Shown piece after piece: positions 21,410 to 32,780 of a stretch of DNA of 64,000 nt (positions within the stretch are counted from its first letter, which is position 1; each line of letters opens with the position of its first letter). The DNA is from an uncultured Acidobacteriota bacterium (GTDB lineage: Bacteria; Acidobacteriota; UBA6911; RPQK01; JAPXNP01). Position numbers and translations under genes: made by a program. The stretch lies in NCBI GenBank assembly GCA_963777605.1, contig CAVZRV010000028.1:128001-192000 (forward strand), given 5' to 3'. The notes below the pieces were generated by a model. The model did not search any database. It was not told the DNA's origin and worked only from the letters and a program-made list of their open reading frames with translations.

Positions 21410-24400
21410 GTGCACAAAGCTGCGATCCGTTTTGTCCTGACTTTTGGCATCCTCGCCGTCACGGGCTCATTCGCCCCGGCTCAGTCGCCTGACCTGTACG
21501 GCGAGATGAACTGGCGTTCCATCGGGCCGACACGGGCATCACGTACTCGGGCGCTCGATGGTGTTCCTGATCAGCCCAACGTCTTTTATGCCGGATTCGA
21601 CAACGGGGGCGTGTGGCGCACCACCGACTACGGATCCACCTGGCAGCCCATCTTCGATGACCAGCCCACAAGCTCCATCGGTGCGATCGCTGTGGCGCCT
21701 TCTGATCCGAGCATCATCTATGTCGGAAGCGGCGCCGGCATCATCCGGCCGGATCTCTCGACCGGCGACGGCATGTACAAGTCCACCGACGGCGGTGCAA
21801 CCTGGACGCACCTGGGGCTCCGAGACAGCCAGATGATTGCGGATGTGGTCGTCGATCCCGCAAACCCCGAACGTCTCTTTGTCGGAGTTCTGGGTCACCC
21901 CTACGGCCCCAACGAGGAAAGAGGGATATTCAGGTCCACCGACGGCGGTCTGACGTTCGAGAGAGTCCTGTACCTTGACGAGTACACCAGGGGCAACGAC
22001 ATCCTCCTCGACCCCTCTGACCCGAACACTGTCTACGCCACGCTCTGGCAGCAGCAGGAGGCATTCCGGGAGGGCGACGAGTTCGGCGGTTCGGGCGAGC
22101 GCATCTTTAAATCCATGGACGGAGGCACCACCTGGCGCCCTCTGACTGAAGGTCTCCCCAGCGTCATCCAGGCCAATCTGGCTGCGGCGCCCAGCAACCC
22201 TCGGGTCGTCTATGCCATGGTTGCGGGAGTACCTCGAGGAAATGAAAACACCAGCGTCAACGGGGTCGTGGGGTTGTACAAGTCCACGGACGCCGGTGAG
22301 CACTGGAGCCCGGTCAACGTGCCGGAGGGACCCGTGGGAGTTGCGACGCCCCATGTGGACACGCGGCCCCTGGCGCGCATCGGGGGCGGGGACCTGCCCA
22401 CCATCACCGTGGATCCCACGGACGAGAACGTCATTTACAGCGCCACGGTGGTCATGTGGCGGAGTGATGACGGCGGGGTCCACTGGACCGCGGTGCGGGG
22501 CGCCTATGGCGGAGACGACTACCAGAAAATCTGGATCAACCCGAAGAACCCTAACATCATCTTCACCGTGTCCGACCAGGGCGCCGTAATCTCGGCCAAC
22601 CGCGGCGAGTCATGGAGCAACTGGTACACCCAGCCCACCGCAGCCATGTTCCACGTAACCGCCGACAACGACTTCCCGTACCGTCTCTGTGCCGGTCAGC
22701 AGGATGCGGGTTCCGCCTGTGTCCAGAGCCGTTCCATGGACGGCATGATCACCTTCCACGACTGGCACCCGGTCAACATCCAGGAATACGGCATCGCCGC
22801 GCCGGACCCCCGCGATCCGGACATGGTCTACGGCAGCAGCCGGTCGGACGTCACCCTCTACAACCGCAAAACGCGCCAGACCACGCATGTCGGACCGGAC
22901 ATGGGCCCGCGCGGCGGGCCGTTCAACCGGGATGTGCGCACCATGCCGATCCTGTGGTCGCCGGTCGACCCGGATCTGCTGTTCTACGTCTCCAACGTAG
23001 CCTGGAAGACCCATGACCGAGGCAAGAGCTGGACACGGATCAGCCCCGACCTTTCGCGCGCCACCTGGAACATCCCCGCTAATGTTGGGAAATACGCCTC
23101 CGATGTCACACCGGCTCAGCAGGGCACCATCACCGCACTGTCGGCTTCCTCATTGGACGTGGACGTCCTTTGGGCCGGCACCGATGACGGCAACATCCAG
23201 GTGACGACGGACGGGGGCGCCCACTGGAGCAACGTGACTCCGCCCGAGATCAAACCATGGACCCGCATCTTCAATATTGAAGCGGGCCACTTTGACAAAG
23301 GCACCGCGTACGCCGCAGCGAATACGATGCGCCTCGACGACATGAATCCCCACTTCTGGCGCACCCACGACGGAGGCCGGACGTGGACCGAGATCAACAA
23401 CGGACTTGATGCCGGAGCCGTGGCCAACTCGATCCGGGAAGATCCCCGAAAGCCGGGGCTCCTCTATGCCGCCACGGAAACCCAGGTCTGGTTCTCCGTT
23501 GACGACGGCGACCACTGGAGTTCGCTTCGCCTGAACATGCCGGCGGTTTCGGTGCGCGAAATCAAAGTGAAGGACGACAGCACCTGTCTGTGCTCCGACC
23601 TGGTTGCGGGCACGCACGGACGAGGCTTTTGGATCCTGGATAACGTGACGCCCCTGCGGCAGGTGGCGGAGGCACAGGCGGCGAGCGGCGCCTACCTGTT
23701 CAAGCCGGCAACGGCGCTCCGCGTTCGTTTCGTTACCAACGACCCCACGGAGTGGCCGCCGGAGGTGCCGCACGGAGAGAACCCGCTCCCGGGCGCAATC
23801 ATCGACTACTACCTGGCCACTGACACCTCAAGTCCCGTCAATCTCGATATTCTGGACGCCGACGGGAAAGTCGTGCGCTCCCTTTCCAGCGACGACCCGG
23901 TGCTCGTTCCCGATCCCGGGCTCGATCCCGAGGGGTACGACAAGATCTGCAGGAAGGATCCCACCGCCCCCGACTGCAGCGTTCCCCTCTACTGGCCGGC
24001 GCCGCAGATGGTCCTCTCGACCCGAAAGGGGATGCATCGCTTCTCCTGGGATCTCCACTTTGATCCCATCGGGCCTGAGCCCAGGGAGGCGAGCGGCGCA
24101 AACGGGGCCGTGCCCCACCGGACCTACCCGTCGGCGCGGGCGCCCTGGGCCCCTCCGGGCGAGTACACGGTGCGCCTGACGGTGAACGGCGAGCAATTCA
24201 GCCAACCGCTTTCGCTGCGTCTCGACCCCCGAGTAACGACATCCTCTGAGGACCTGGCCCTCCTGGCATCCCTGTCGAGGGAAATGTACGACGGAGCCGT
24301 AGCTGCTCACGCTGCATACGAAGAGGCCCGGGTCCTGGTAGCGGAGCTCGAAACGACAGGAAAGTTGGACGCCAAGGCCAAGGTCGAAGCGCTGGCGCCA

Positions 24401-24625
24401 CCGCCTCAACCCCGGGATCGCCGCCGCTTCCGGCGGAGCGAACCCGCCGGTCCGCCCACCCTGGCAAGCGTCAGCGAGGCCATGATGAACGCTGCCATGG
24501 CAATGCAGGAAGCGGACGTATCACCGACGAAGCGGCAGATCGAGGCCTGCGACGCGGCGCATGCCCAGTTCGAGGAATTGATGCCGCGCTGGAACGCCCT
24601 CAAGGCGGCTCACTCGAAACGGTGA
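21410..24625 (+). CDS. Secreted VPS10/BNR-repeat (Asp-box) glycoside hydrolase-like protein
   Basis: Signal peptide, WRSIGP, many S/T-x-D-G-G-x-T-W boxes, LVAGTHGRGFWILD. Confidence 0.85.
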   Translation: MHKAAIRFVLTFGILAVTGSFAPAQSPDLYGEMNWRSIGPTRASRTRALDGVPDQPNVFYAGFDNGGVWRTTDYGSTWQPIFDDQPTSSIGAIAVAPSDPSIIYVGSGAGIIRPDLSTGDGMYKSTDGGATWTHLGLRDSQMIADVVVDPANPERLFVGVLGHPYGPNEERGIFRSTDGGLTFERVLYLDEYTRGNDILLDPSDPNTVYATLWQQQEAFREGDEFGGSGERIFKSMDGGTTWRPLTEGLPSVIQANLAAAPSNPRVVYAMVAGVPRGNENTSVNGVVGLYKSTDAGEHWSPVNVPEGPVGVATPHVDTRPLARIGGGDLPTITVDPTDENVIYSATVVMWRSDDGGVHWTAVRGAYGGDDYQKIWINPKNPNIIFTVSDQGAVISANRGESWSNWYTQPTAAMFHVTADNDFPYRLCAGQQDAGSACVQSRSMDGMITFHDWHPVNIQEYGIAAPDPRDPDMVYGSSRSDVTLYNRKTRQTTHVGPDMGPRGGPFNRDVRTMPILWSPVDPDLLFYVSNVAWKTHDRGKSWTRISPDLSRATWNIPANVGKYASDVTPAQQGTITALSASSLDVDVLWAGTDDGNIQVTTDGGAHWSNVTPPEIKPWTRIFNIEAGHFDKGTAYAAANTMRLDDMNPHFWRTHDGGRTWTEINNGLDAGAVANSIREDPRKPGLLYAATETQVWFSVDDGDHWSSLRLNMPAVSVREIKVKDDSTCLCSDLVAGTHGRGFWILDNVTPLRQVAEAQAASGAYLFKPATALRVRFVTNDPTEWPPEVPHGENPLPGAIIDYYLATDTSSPVNLDILDADGKVVRSLSSDDPVLVPDPGLDPEGYDKICRKDPTAPDCSVPLYWPAPQMVLSTRKGMHRFSWDLHFDPIGPEPREASGANGAVPHRTYPSARAPWAPPGEYTVRLTVNGEQFSQPLSLRLDPRVTTSSEDLALLASLSREMYDGAVAAHAAYEEARVLVAELETTGKLDAKAKVEALAPPPQPRDRRRFRRSEPAGPPTLASVSEAMMNAAMAMQEADVSPTKRQIEACDAAHAQFEELMPRWNALKAAHSKR

Positions 24626-24767
24626 GCACCGAGGACCGATCGGGCGGCCCCTCCGCACTGTTCATCGTGTGGAATCGCGGGTAGCAGCGACTGTTCTCAA
24701 CCCCCGGCGAAGTAAACCTCGTCCCGGACCAGGGCCTATCGGCCGTCAAGCTGCGCTGGACGTTTAG

Positions 24768-26746
24768 CCCAAGTTCGTCACGAAAGCGCTTGAGCGAGTT
24801 GTAAGTCGTTTAGATTCAGTCAAGCGCTTTGCAAAGTCTCCACTACACTCGGATTGAAGTCGAGCCGTTCCGGCAGGGTGATCTTCAACTGATTGAGCAG
24901 TTGTTTCTGTTCCGGTTCGGGCCGGGTCACCCGTCGCAGCCGGATCTCCCGTCCGTCGGTCGTCGGCAAGACGATGTCCGCACTCTGGATCGTCGACAGC
25001 AGGCTCAGTGCCCGGGCCGGGGACAGATCCGAACCGCGTGCTTTCAACAGGTGCTTGAGCGTCACCCACAGCGCATAACCGAGAAACGCCACCAGGACGT
25101 GGGCCTTGATCCGGCTCTCCTTGCGGTGGAAGATCGGCCGGATCGCCAGTTCACTTTTCAGCGTCCGGAACACCGACTCGACTTCGGTCAACTGGATGTA
25201 CTTCGTCCACAACTGCTCGGCCGTCTCCGCTTCCAGGTTCGTGCGCAGCAGATAAGCCCCTTCCCGCAACTCCTGCCAGTCCCGCCGCTCCTGCCGGTAA
25301 CTCCAGACCAGGCGAACTCCCTGCGGCGTGGTCTGGATCTCGGCCTCATACAGGTCGGCCACCTGGGGGTGACGGGCCAGGATCCCGCCCAACTGCCGTT
25401 CCATCTTCAGCCGGTCCTTCAACCGCCCTGTCTCGATCCGTCGGGCCAGGCTCTCGAGGGCCGTTTCCAGCCGATTCGAAAACCGGCTCCGGATCGCTGT
25501 CTCCTTCTCCTGTCGGGCCCGCGTCCGGCACAGCACGTAGGTCTCTTCTCCCGACGGCACCCGCACCAGCTTCACCTCCACGTCCTCTCGCACCGCGGCC
25601 CAGTCTTCGGCCAGCAGTTCCTGTTCAAACTCCTTCAGCTTCGCCCGTGGGGTTCCGACCAGATACCGGGCTCCCCGCTTGCGCAGCACCTTCAGATTGG
25701 CTTCGCTGACAATCCCCCGGTCGAACACCCACACCCGCCGCGCCTTTCCGTACTTGCGTTCCAGCACCCGCAACATCGTCTGCAGCGTCGTCACATCGGC
25801 CCGATTGCCGTCAAACACCTCATAACTGCACGGAAACCCTTCCGGATTGACCACCAGGGCCAGCACCAACTGCTTGCAGTCCGGGCGATGGTCCCGCGAG
25901 TAGCCCCGGCGCAGCATCCGGTTCTCCTCGCCCTGTCCCTCCACATACGTGCTCGTCAGGTCATACAGCAGGACGTCGAACGACGCTTCGAACAGTTCCC
26001 CGTAGCGTTGTTTCAGGTGCGTCTCCAACGCTGCCTTGTGTCGGACCAGTCGGTCCAGGCAGCGGTACAGGCGCGTATCGTTCAGCTGACCCGATGCGAT
26101 CCCCACCAGGTCATCCAGCGCCGTCGTTGGATACCAGGTCTGTTCGATGCCCCGTTCGCTGGCCGGCGCGATCAGTCGGTTGACGGCCAGTACGGCTGCT
26201 ACCCGGGACCACGGCACGTCGGCCGTTTCCCCATCCAGCAACCGCTCCAGCAGTCGATCCAGACCCAATTTCCGCCACAGTTCCAGCCCTACATAGCAAT
26301 CCCCGAACCGTCGCGAGCGCTCCAGCCGGACCTGACCCAACAGCACTCGGGCCACCCCAGGATCTTCTTCCACCGCAACGTCGGATGGAAACAGCTTCAA
26401 CTGCCGGCTCTCGCCCTGTTCGTTGAAGACCTCCACCGTCTTCAGCCACCGGCTCTGGGCCGAGTCGTTCAGTTCACCCAGGTAACAGAGCGTGCGCTGC
26501 CGGGGTCCGTCGGCCGTCCGCACGGTCTCCACCAGTGACCAGTAGGTGTGTTCCTTGCCGTCTTTAAATCGCCGATTCGGGCGCAGAAACATGCTTCAGA
26601 GATGGTGCCATTTCGCCACCAGGCCGCGCAATGGGGTAGGTCTACACTACATCGGGTTTTGGAAAATCGACCGTTGGAAACAAAAGACTTGCGGTCAAAA
26701 GGTCGCTGAAAATCGTCAGGAATGGCCCTTTCGTGACGAACTTGGG
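24768..26746 (-). mobile_element. IS1634-family insertion sequence
   Basis: Perfect 19-bp IRs CCCAAGTTCGTCACGAAAG (24768-24786 and 26728-26746); TTAG direct repeats at 24764-24767 and 26747-26750. Confidence 0.93.
24820..26592 (-). CDS. IS1634-family DDE transposase
   Basis: YDLTSTY, GYSRDHRPD, VFDRGIVS, VESVFRTLKSELAIRPIFH, RIKAHV. Confidence 0.93.
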   Translation of the reverse strand: MFLRPNRRFKDGKEHTYWSLVETVRTADGPRQRTLCYLGELNDSAQSRWLKTVEVFNEQGESRQLKLFPSDVAVEEDPGVARVLLGQVRLERSRRFGDCYVGLELWRKLGLDRLLERLLDGETADVPWSRVAAVLAVNRLIAPASERGIEQTWYPTTALDDLVGIASGQLNDTRLYRCLDRLVRHKAALETHLKQRYGELFEASFDVLLYDLTSTYVEGQGEENRMLRRGYSRDHRPDCKQLVLALVVNPEGFPCSYEVFDGNRADVTTLQTMLRVLERKYGKARRVWVFDRGIVSEANLKVLRKRGARYLVGTPRAKLKEFEQELLAEDWAAVREDVEVKLVRVPSGEETYVLCRTRARQEKETAIRSRFSNRLETALESLARRIETGRLKDRLKMERQLGGILARHPQVADLYEAEIQTTPQGVRLVWSYRQERRDWQELREGAYLLRTNLEAETAEQLWTKYIQLTEVESVFRTLKSELAIRPIFHRKESRIKAHVLVAFLGYALWVTLKHLLKARGSDLSPARALSLLSTIQSADIVLPTTDGREIRLRRVTRPEPEQKQLLNQLKITLPERLDFNPSVVETLQSA

Positions 26747-26794
26747 TTAGGCCCCGCTGTTCCACGCCGCGGGATGGAAGATATTGAAAGCTCT

Positions 26795-28399
26795 CTACGG
26801 CTGCGAACAGAGCGAAATCGCTTCGGAGACCGTCTTGATCCCAATCGACTGATAGTCATTGAACGGACCGTCGGCGCTCCCGGCCGGCCAGGTGGCCGGG
26901 TCGGCGTACTGGCCGTCGTCCCGGAACTCATTCTGAAGGCGGGCGATTTCCGCCTTCAGCTCCTGGAACTTCGCCGCGATCTCCGGTTGAGCGGCTTCCG
27001 ACGGGTTGAAGAGCAGATTGTGCTGCTCGGTGGGATCGGAAACCAGGTCAAACAATTCGTAGGCGTCCTTGTCCCAGTAATAGATCAGCTTGTGCGTCGC
27101 CGTGCGCACGCCATAATGCGCTGCCGTGTTGTGATGTCCCGGGCTGTGGTAGTAGCGATAGTAAAGAGAAGTCCGCCAATCGGCCGGCGACTCGCCGCGC
27201 AGCAGCGGAGCCAGGCTGCGACCCTGCATCGACTCGGGGACATCCAGCCCGGCCAGGTCCAGGAACGTAGGGGCTAAATCAATGTTGGCCACAAACTGGT
27301 TCGGCGTGATCCCTGCCTTGATCCCGGGCCCGCGGGCCAGCAACGGGACGTGCAGCCCCGGTTCGTACATGAACCGCTTGTCGTAGAGACCCAGATCGCC
27401 CAGGTACCAGCCGTTGTCGGCCGAGTAGATGACGATGGTGCTCGTCTGCCAGACCCGATCGGTCGAGGTAGTCGAGAACTTTGCCAACACTGTCATCCAC
27501 ACCCTGCACGCAAGCCAGGTAGTCCTGCATGTAGCGTTGGTACTTCCACTTGGTGAGTTCCTTGCCCGTCAGAGCTCTGGCCGTCGACCGTCACTTCGGT
27601 CGGCTTCTACTGAAAGCCACTGGTTGCGTGCCTGGCCGTTCAGGCCCTCGGGTGGCTCCAACTTGAGATCGCGCCGCGTCAGATCGTGCGCCACCGTCTG
27701 CTGATTCTCCGGCAAGGCGGCGGGACGGGTCGCGTAGTCGTCCCACAGCGTGTCGGGCTCGGGGATGACCGCATCCTTGAAACGGGCCTTGTTGCGTTCG
27801 TCCGGCTCCCAGTCCCGGTGCGGCGCCTTATGATGCAGCATGAGAAAGAACGGTTTGTCCTTGGGCCGCGTCTCGAGGAATTCGATCCCGAGATCGCCGA
27901 TGATTTCGGTCACGTGCCCCTGAATCGTCAACCTCTTGCCCTGCACGAGGAAGTCAGGGTTCCAGTACACGCCCTGGCCGGGCAGCACGATCCAGCGGTC
28001 GAAGCCGGTCGGGTCGCTCCCCAGGTGCCACTTGCCGATCATGCCGGTGTGGTAGCCGCCGGCCTGAAGGTGCTTGGCGACCGTATCGCGGGAGCCATCA
28101 AAACGATTGAAGACCGGGACGCCGTTCAGGTGCGAGTACTGGCCGGTTATCAAGGTCGCACGGCTTGGCGTGCAGATCGAATTGGTGACGAAGGAATTGG
28201 TGAACCGGACCCCTCCCTCGGCGAGCCGGTCGATGTTCGGCGTCTGGTTGACCTTGGAGCCGTACGCGGAGATCGCGTGCTCGGCGTGGTCGTCCGAGAA
28301 GATAAAGAGGATATTGGGGCGCTGGGCAGCCGTCGCGGCGCCCGTGACGATCAGAGACAAGGCCCCCACCACAAGACAGGTCCATTTGCGAAAAAACAT
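26795..28399 (-). CDS. Sulfatase (N-acetylglucosamine-6-sulfatase-like), split by at least 2 frameshifts near 27600 and 27450
   Basis: RPNILFIFSDDH, CTPSR, GKWHLG, DYLACVQGVDDSVG, DNGWYLGDLGLYDKRFMYE in successive frames. Confidence 0.85.
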
Positions 28400-28943
28400 T
28401 TCGGGATTCCTTTGGTTGCGTGCACGCCAGAGCATGATGATAACCGACGATTCCTCCAGTCAGGCGTGTCCGCTGACTTGTTTTGATCCGGTTTTTCAGT
28501 CCCAGAGGTGGTAACCCATGTAGATCAGTAGGGCTCCTCCAGTTGGCCATCCGCACCTTCATTCTTGGTTCTGATCGGATCCGATCGTCTACAGTAACCA
28601 GCAAGAAACTATAACCGGCGTTGCTTTCAATTTCCAAAGGATTCGTTTCCTCCTGTGTCCGCATGCCCCTCGAACACAAGGCTGCAACTCCAGGGGAGTT
28701 GGTGGCGATGATCATCACCCGGGTGACCGGATCGACCGCCTGGGATGGCGCACCGCAGGACGAGTCCGCGCGTTCGGCCACGGTCGAGGCGGCATAGGAA
28801 CGTCGGCCTATATGGCCTGCCTGATCATGATGTCAGCATCGCCGTAATGATCAACCACTTTGGCGGTGGCCTCTTGACTCGGACCGTCAGGGACCTTGCC
28901 CGAGTCGCAGCCTTTCATACGGAATCGACGCCGAGAGATCAAT

Positions 28944-30071
28944 TCAGTCTTCGGCCATCTTCATCACAATCAGGGAAACATCATCGGTAGGGTGGAGTTC
29001 GGCCGAATTCTCTTCGAGATATGTGAGGAGACCATCCAGGATTTCGGTAGCCCTCCGAGCAGCCAGCCCTCGCAGCAATTCAGCCAACGTTGTTCTGCCA
29101 AGCTCACGACCATCGAGATCCAGAGCCTCAGTGAGCCCGTCGGTGTAAAGTAGTAAAAGGTCACCGGGTGACAGCAAAAGGTGGCCTTCCTCATATTGGC
29201 TGCCGCGAAAAGCTCCCAGTAATATGCCTCCGGTCTCAAGTTCGAGAAGACTTCCATCTGACCGCAACAGGATCGGAAAATTGTGTCCCGCATTGCAGTA
29301 GGAGAGCATCCGATCCCGTTCATCGTAGACCCCATAAAACGCTGTGACAAAACGGTTTGCCGCAGTAGTCTCCCAGAGAAGGTCGTTCACCTTGGTCATT
29401 ATCGTTGTCATGGCATAGTTATTTCGAATCTCCGCCAGCAATGCGGCCCGAAACGCTGCCATCATAAGTCCGGCCGGGATCCCCTTGCCGGCAACATCGC
29501 CGATCACCAGGCCCCAGTGTCCTTCCACAATCTTGAAGACGTCGTAATAGTCTCCACTGACCAGGTCTGATGGAATATTGACGGCAGCAAGATCTACGCC
29601 TCGTAGCTGAGGCAAAGACTCGGGGAAGAAATGAAGCTGCGTAAGCCTGGAGGCTTTGACGCTGTTCGTCAGTGCCTTGTGCTCTTCGTAGCGAGAAACA
29701 TCCTCGAGGATTGCTGTCAGTAGAACCTCACCGCTTGGCAGTTCCAATCTGAAAATCGAGGCCTTCGCTGGAAAGGTAGAGCCGTCCTTGCGCCGGCCCA
29801 CAATTTCTCCCCGAAATCCCATCTCCCGTGCAACATCGCCAGACGCAATGAATTCACGCAGATGGCGTTCGTGCAGAGCCCTTAATGACGAGGGGATGAG
29901 AATGCCCAGCGGACGCCCCAAAATGTCTTGTCTCTCGTAGCCGAAGATCCGCTCGGCGGCGGGGTTGAACGAAGTAATGACAGCACTGGAATCGACGGTG
30001 ACGATGGCTTCGTTTGAATATTCCAGAATCCCTTCCCCGAGGGATTGAAAGATGCCTTTTTCCATGCTCAA
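28944..30071 (-). CDS. PAS-SpoIIE (RsbU/RsbP-like) PP2C phosphatase
   Basis: FNPAAERIFGY and RRKDGSTFP (PAS); SGDYYD, GDVAGKG, NAGH, YTDGLTEA, DDVSL (PP2C). Confidence 0.92.
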   Translation of the reverse strand: MSMEKGIFQSLGEGILEYSNEAIVTVDSSAVITSFNPAAERIFGYERQDILGRPLGILIPSSLRALHERHLREFIASGDVAREMGFRGEIVGRRKDGSTFPAKASIFRLELPSGEVLLTAILEDVSRYEEHKALTNSVKASRLTQLHFFPESLPQLRGVDLAAVNIPSDLVSGDYYDVFKIVEGHWGLVIGDVAGKGIPAGLMMAAFRAALLAEIRNNYAMTTIMTKVNDLLWETTAANRFVTAFYGVYDERDRMLSYCNAGHNFPILLRSDGSLLELETGGILLGAFRGSQYEEGHLLLSPGDLLLLYTDGLTEALDLDGRELGRTTLAELLRGLAARRATEILDGLLTYLEENSAELHPTDDVSLIVMKMAED

Positions 30072-30342
30072 GGTACCCTAACTGGATTCAGGTCGGGATG
30101 CAATGGCCGCCTCATTCTGATGCGGTTGTTGAACCTTATCTCATGCTGGACCTGTCCTCCCGCATCTCGACCGGGGCGCAAATCCCCGACGTGCTATACT
30201 GAGATTTGGTCACGTGACGCGTCCACCTCTTCCTATCGGTGTCACCCGCTGGGCGCCAACAGACGTCAAGTAACAATCGGAACTCCCGCCCCCTGGCCAG
30301 AGCAGAATCGATCAGCCAATACCGCCACAAAGAAAGAATATT

Positions 30343-30876
30343 ATGACCGGACGTATTGAGAAGCTGGCAACGACGAAGGAACTTGGCCACATTACCACCA
30401 ACAGTGGGCCTGCCCAATTCCACTTCACTTACCGGCAGACACTCGACGCTCCGGACCGATTGACCGTTGGCCAACTGGTCAGCTTCGAAGTCGAGAAGGG
30501 CGCCGTCGCATTTGCCGTTGGGGTCCGCCCCAAGGAGTCGGATGAGCCTCTTCCCGAGAGTCGAAGCGCAGCGCGTGAGATCCGCTATCAGGGTTTTGAG
30601 CAAACGAGAAACATCCGATCCTACAAGTTTCAGGCATGGCGTAGCGGCGAGGAGAACGAGGAAGCAATCGTGACCGCTGACCTCGCTTTGTTTCGCAGAC
30701 ATGGAATTGGCATCCAGGAAGGCCCCGGAATTTGTCTGCGACTGGTGGAGGCAGAGTTCCGGGAGAGTTCCGCGATCGACTCGACTGTCTGGAGGCGTCA
30801 ACTCTCCGACAAGGAATTGGAAGCTTACATTTCAGCCCGGGCAATTCCCAAGAACTCCCGCAGGAAGAGAAGTTGA
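30343..30876 (+). CDS. Hypothetical protein with degenerate cold-shock/OB N-terminal domain
   Basis: MTGRIEKL...GHI...FHF...LTVGQLVSFEVEKG...AVGVRP follows CSD topology but lacks canonical RNP aromatics. Confidence 0.65.
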   Translation: MTGRIEKLATTKELGHITTNSGPAQFHFTYRQTLDAPDRLTVGQLVSFEVEKGAVAFAVGVRPKESDEPLPESRSAAREIRYQGFEQTRNIRSYKFQAWRSGEENEEAIVTADLALFRRHGIGIQEGPGICLRLVEAEFRESSAIDSTVWRRQLSDKELEAYISARAIPKNSRRKRS

Positions 30877-30894
30877 CCCGCTGGAACCCTCTCC

Positions 30895-32130
30895 ATGCCA
30901 CGTAACAAGCTCATCGCCTTTGTACTGGCGGGCGGCACGGGTACCCGCTTGCTCCCGCTGACAAAAGATCGCGCCAAACCTGCCATCTCGATCGGGGGGA
31001 AGTACCGGATCATCGATTTTGCCTTGAGCAATCTGATCAATTCCGGCGTTTACTCCATCTACGTTTTGGTTCAGTTCAAGAGCCAATCCTTGTTACGGCA
31101 CCTCAGGCACGGATGGCAGTTTGCGAACATCTTAAGTGATCAATTCATCATTCCGGTACCCGCGCAAAAGCACTCGCCCGATGGAAAGTGGTACGAAGGC
31201 ACGGCAGACGCCGTCTATCAGAATCTCAACCTGATTGACGATGTTGAAGATCAGCTCGTAGCAATCTTTGGTGGAGACCACATTTACCAGATGGACGTCA
31301 GCCAGATGATTGAATTTCACGAAAAGAAACAGGCAGAAGTAACAGTCGCCACGATCCCGGTGGAAAAGGATCTGGCGGCAGAATTTGGCGTGGTTGAAGT
31401 GGCAGAGTCTGGAAAGATCCTGGCGTTCCATGAAAAGCGGGCCGACGCCCCCAGAATGCCGGGCGAACCGCATCTCGTCCATGCATCGATGGGAAATTAC
31501 ATCTTTTCTGCCCAGACGCTGCGGGAGGCACTTCGGTTCGACTCAGCGAGATCGAACAGCACGCATGACTTTGGCCGAGACATATTGCCTGGGCTTCTCG
31601 GACAAGCTCCTGTCTATGCCTATGACTTCCAAACCAATCAGGTACCCGGGGAACTGGGCGGCAGGCCTGCGTATTGGAAGGACGTCGGCACGCTGCAGGC
31701 ATATTATGATGCTCAAATGGACCTTTGCGCTTCCCTGCCCTCGCTGAATCTTTACAATCATCGGTGGCCGATCCGAACAGCCAGTTTTGCTGACCCCTGC
31801 GCAAAGTTCACCTATGACCGTGAGGGCCGATCCGGCCAGGCGATCGGCTCGCTGGTCTCGGGCGGCTGTATTGTCGTTGGAGGTGAAATCCGAAATTCGG
31901 TCCTGGGCCGGAACGTCCGCGTAAACAGCGGTGCCAGAATTGATGATTCGATTGTCCTTGACAACTGTGTAATCGGTCGAAATTCAAGGATACGCAGGGC
32001 GATCCTGGATGAAGGGGTCACCGTCGATGAGGGTGCGGAGATTGGTTACGACATCGAACGAGACCGGCGACTGAACTTCGTCAGTGAGAACGGAGTTGTT
32101 GTCGTTACGGCTCGTTCGGACGAGCGCTGA
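30895..32130 (+). CDS. glgC: Glucose-1-phosphate adenylyltransferase
   Basis: LAGGTGTRLLPLTKDRAKPA, GGKYRIIDF, WYEGTADAVYQN, ASMGNYIF, YWKDVGT. Confidence 0.96.
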   Translation: MPRNKLIAFVLAGGTGTRLLPLTKDRAKPAISIGGKYRIIDFALSNLINSGVYSIYVLVQFKSQSLLRHLRHGWQFANILSDQFIIPVPAQKHSPDGKWYEGTADAVYQNLNLIDDVEDQLVAIFGGDHIYQMDVSQMIEFHEKKQAEVTVATIPVEKDLAAEFGVVEVAESGKILAFHEKRADAPRMPGEPHLVHASMGNYIFSAQTLREALRFDSARSNSTHDFGRDILPGLLGQAPVYAYDFQTNQVPGELGGRPAYWKDVGTLQAYYDAQMDLCASLPSLNLYNHRWPIRTASFADPCAKFTYDREGRSGQAIGSLVSGGCIVVGGEIRNSVLGRNVRVNSGARIDDSIVLDNCVIGRNSRIRRAILDEGVTVDEGAEIGYDIERDRRLNFVSENGVVVVTARSDER

Positions 32131-32139
32131 AACGGTTTA

Positions 32140-32339
32140 CCCTCATTTCGGAGTTGAACAAGATTGAAAGACCAGTCGGCATCTTCCCAGCGGGCTATCA
32201 CATCGACGGTTTCGTCTCTTCCGTAGATCGTCGGAAGACTGATCTGATCGTTCGGCCGCAACGCGGTCCCGTAAATCGCCGAGGTCGCCTCAATTACGTC
32301 CTGACCCGTTAGACCCTCGGTTTTGTAGCGATTGTGCAA
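32140..32339 (-). pseudogene. Probable fragment of a hypothetical gene
   Basis: Protein-like stretch RYKTEGLTGQDVIEATSAIYG...VIARWEDADWSFNLV lacking a credible start, running into the glgC 3' end. Confidence 0.35.
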
Positions 32340-32673
32340 CCTCCTGAGCGCGATTCTTCACGATTGAAGAAATCCCTGTTTCGCATCTCTTCGTAACCCC
32401 GCGGTTCAGAAACTGACCGATGAAGAAGAATTGAACCGGTAGTAGCTGCACCAAACATGATCCCAAGGGTTGCGTGATAAAATAAGTCATTGAAAAATAA
32501 GGAAGAACCTCGCTGCCGCTAATAGACTGACTCGGCCGGAGTTGGATTGAGCAAGAACGGATGGGATCCTCGCGAGCACACCTTGGACATACACCGAAAC
32601 TGTTCTGCAATCCTGAAGAGCCCTTGTAGAGTCTCAGATTAAGAACAGTCCGAGGAGCTCGCACGGCGGAAAG

Positions 32674-32713
32674 AAAGTGCGGAACCAGCCCACAAAGTGC
32701 GGAACCAGCCCAC
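32674..32713. repeat. Exact 20-bp tandem duplication upstream of the desaturase
   Basis: AAAGTGCGGAACCAGCCCAC x2. Confidence 0.9.
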
Positions 32714-32780
32714 ATTGTTGCTTGCCGTATGACACGAGTCTGACGAGGGTAAGGGACTCTGAAACGAAAGGCCCTGTGAA

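Noticed and set aside
24829-26538. Long antisense ORFs (569 aa here; also 42754-44403, 55823-57157, 1606-2568 and others)
   Set aside because: Shadow frames opposite well-supported genes in high-GC DNA, with no recognisable motifs
28440-28940. Possible gene fragment between the sulfatase and the SpoIIE gene
   Set aside because: No motif I can assign
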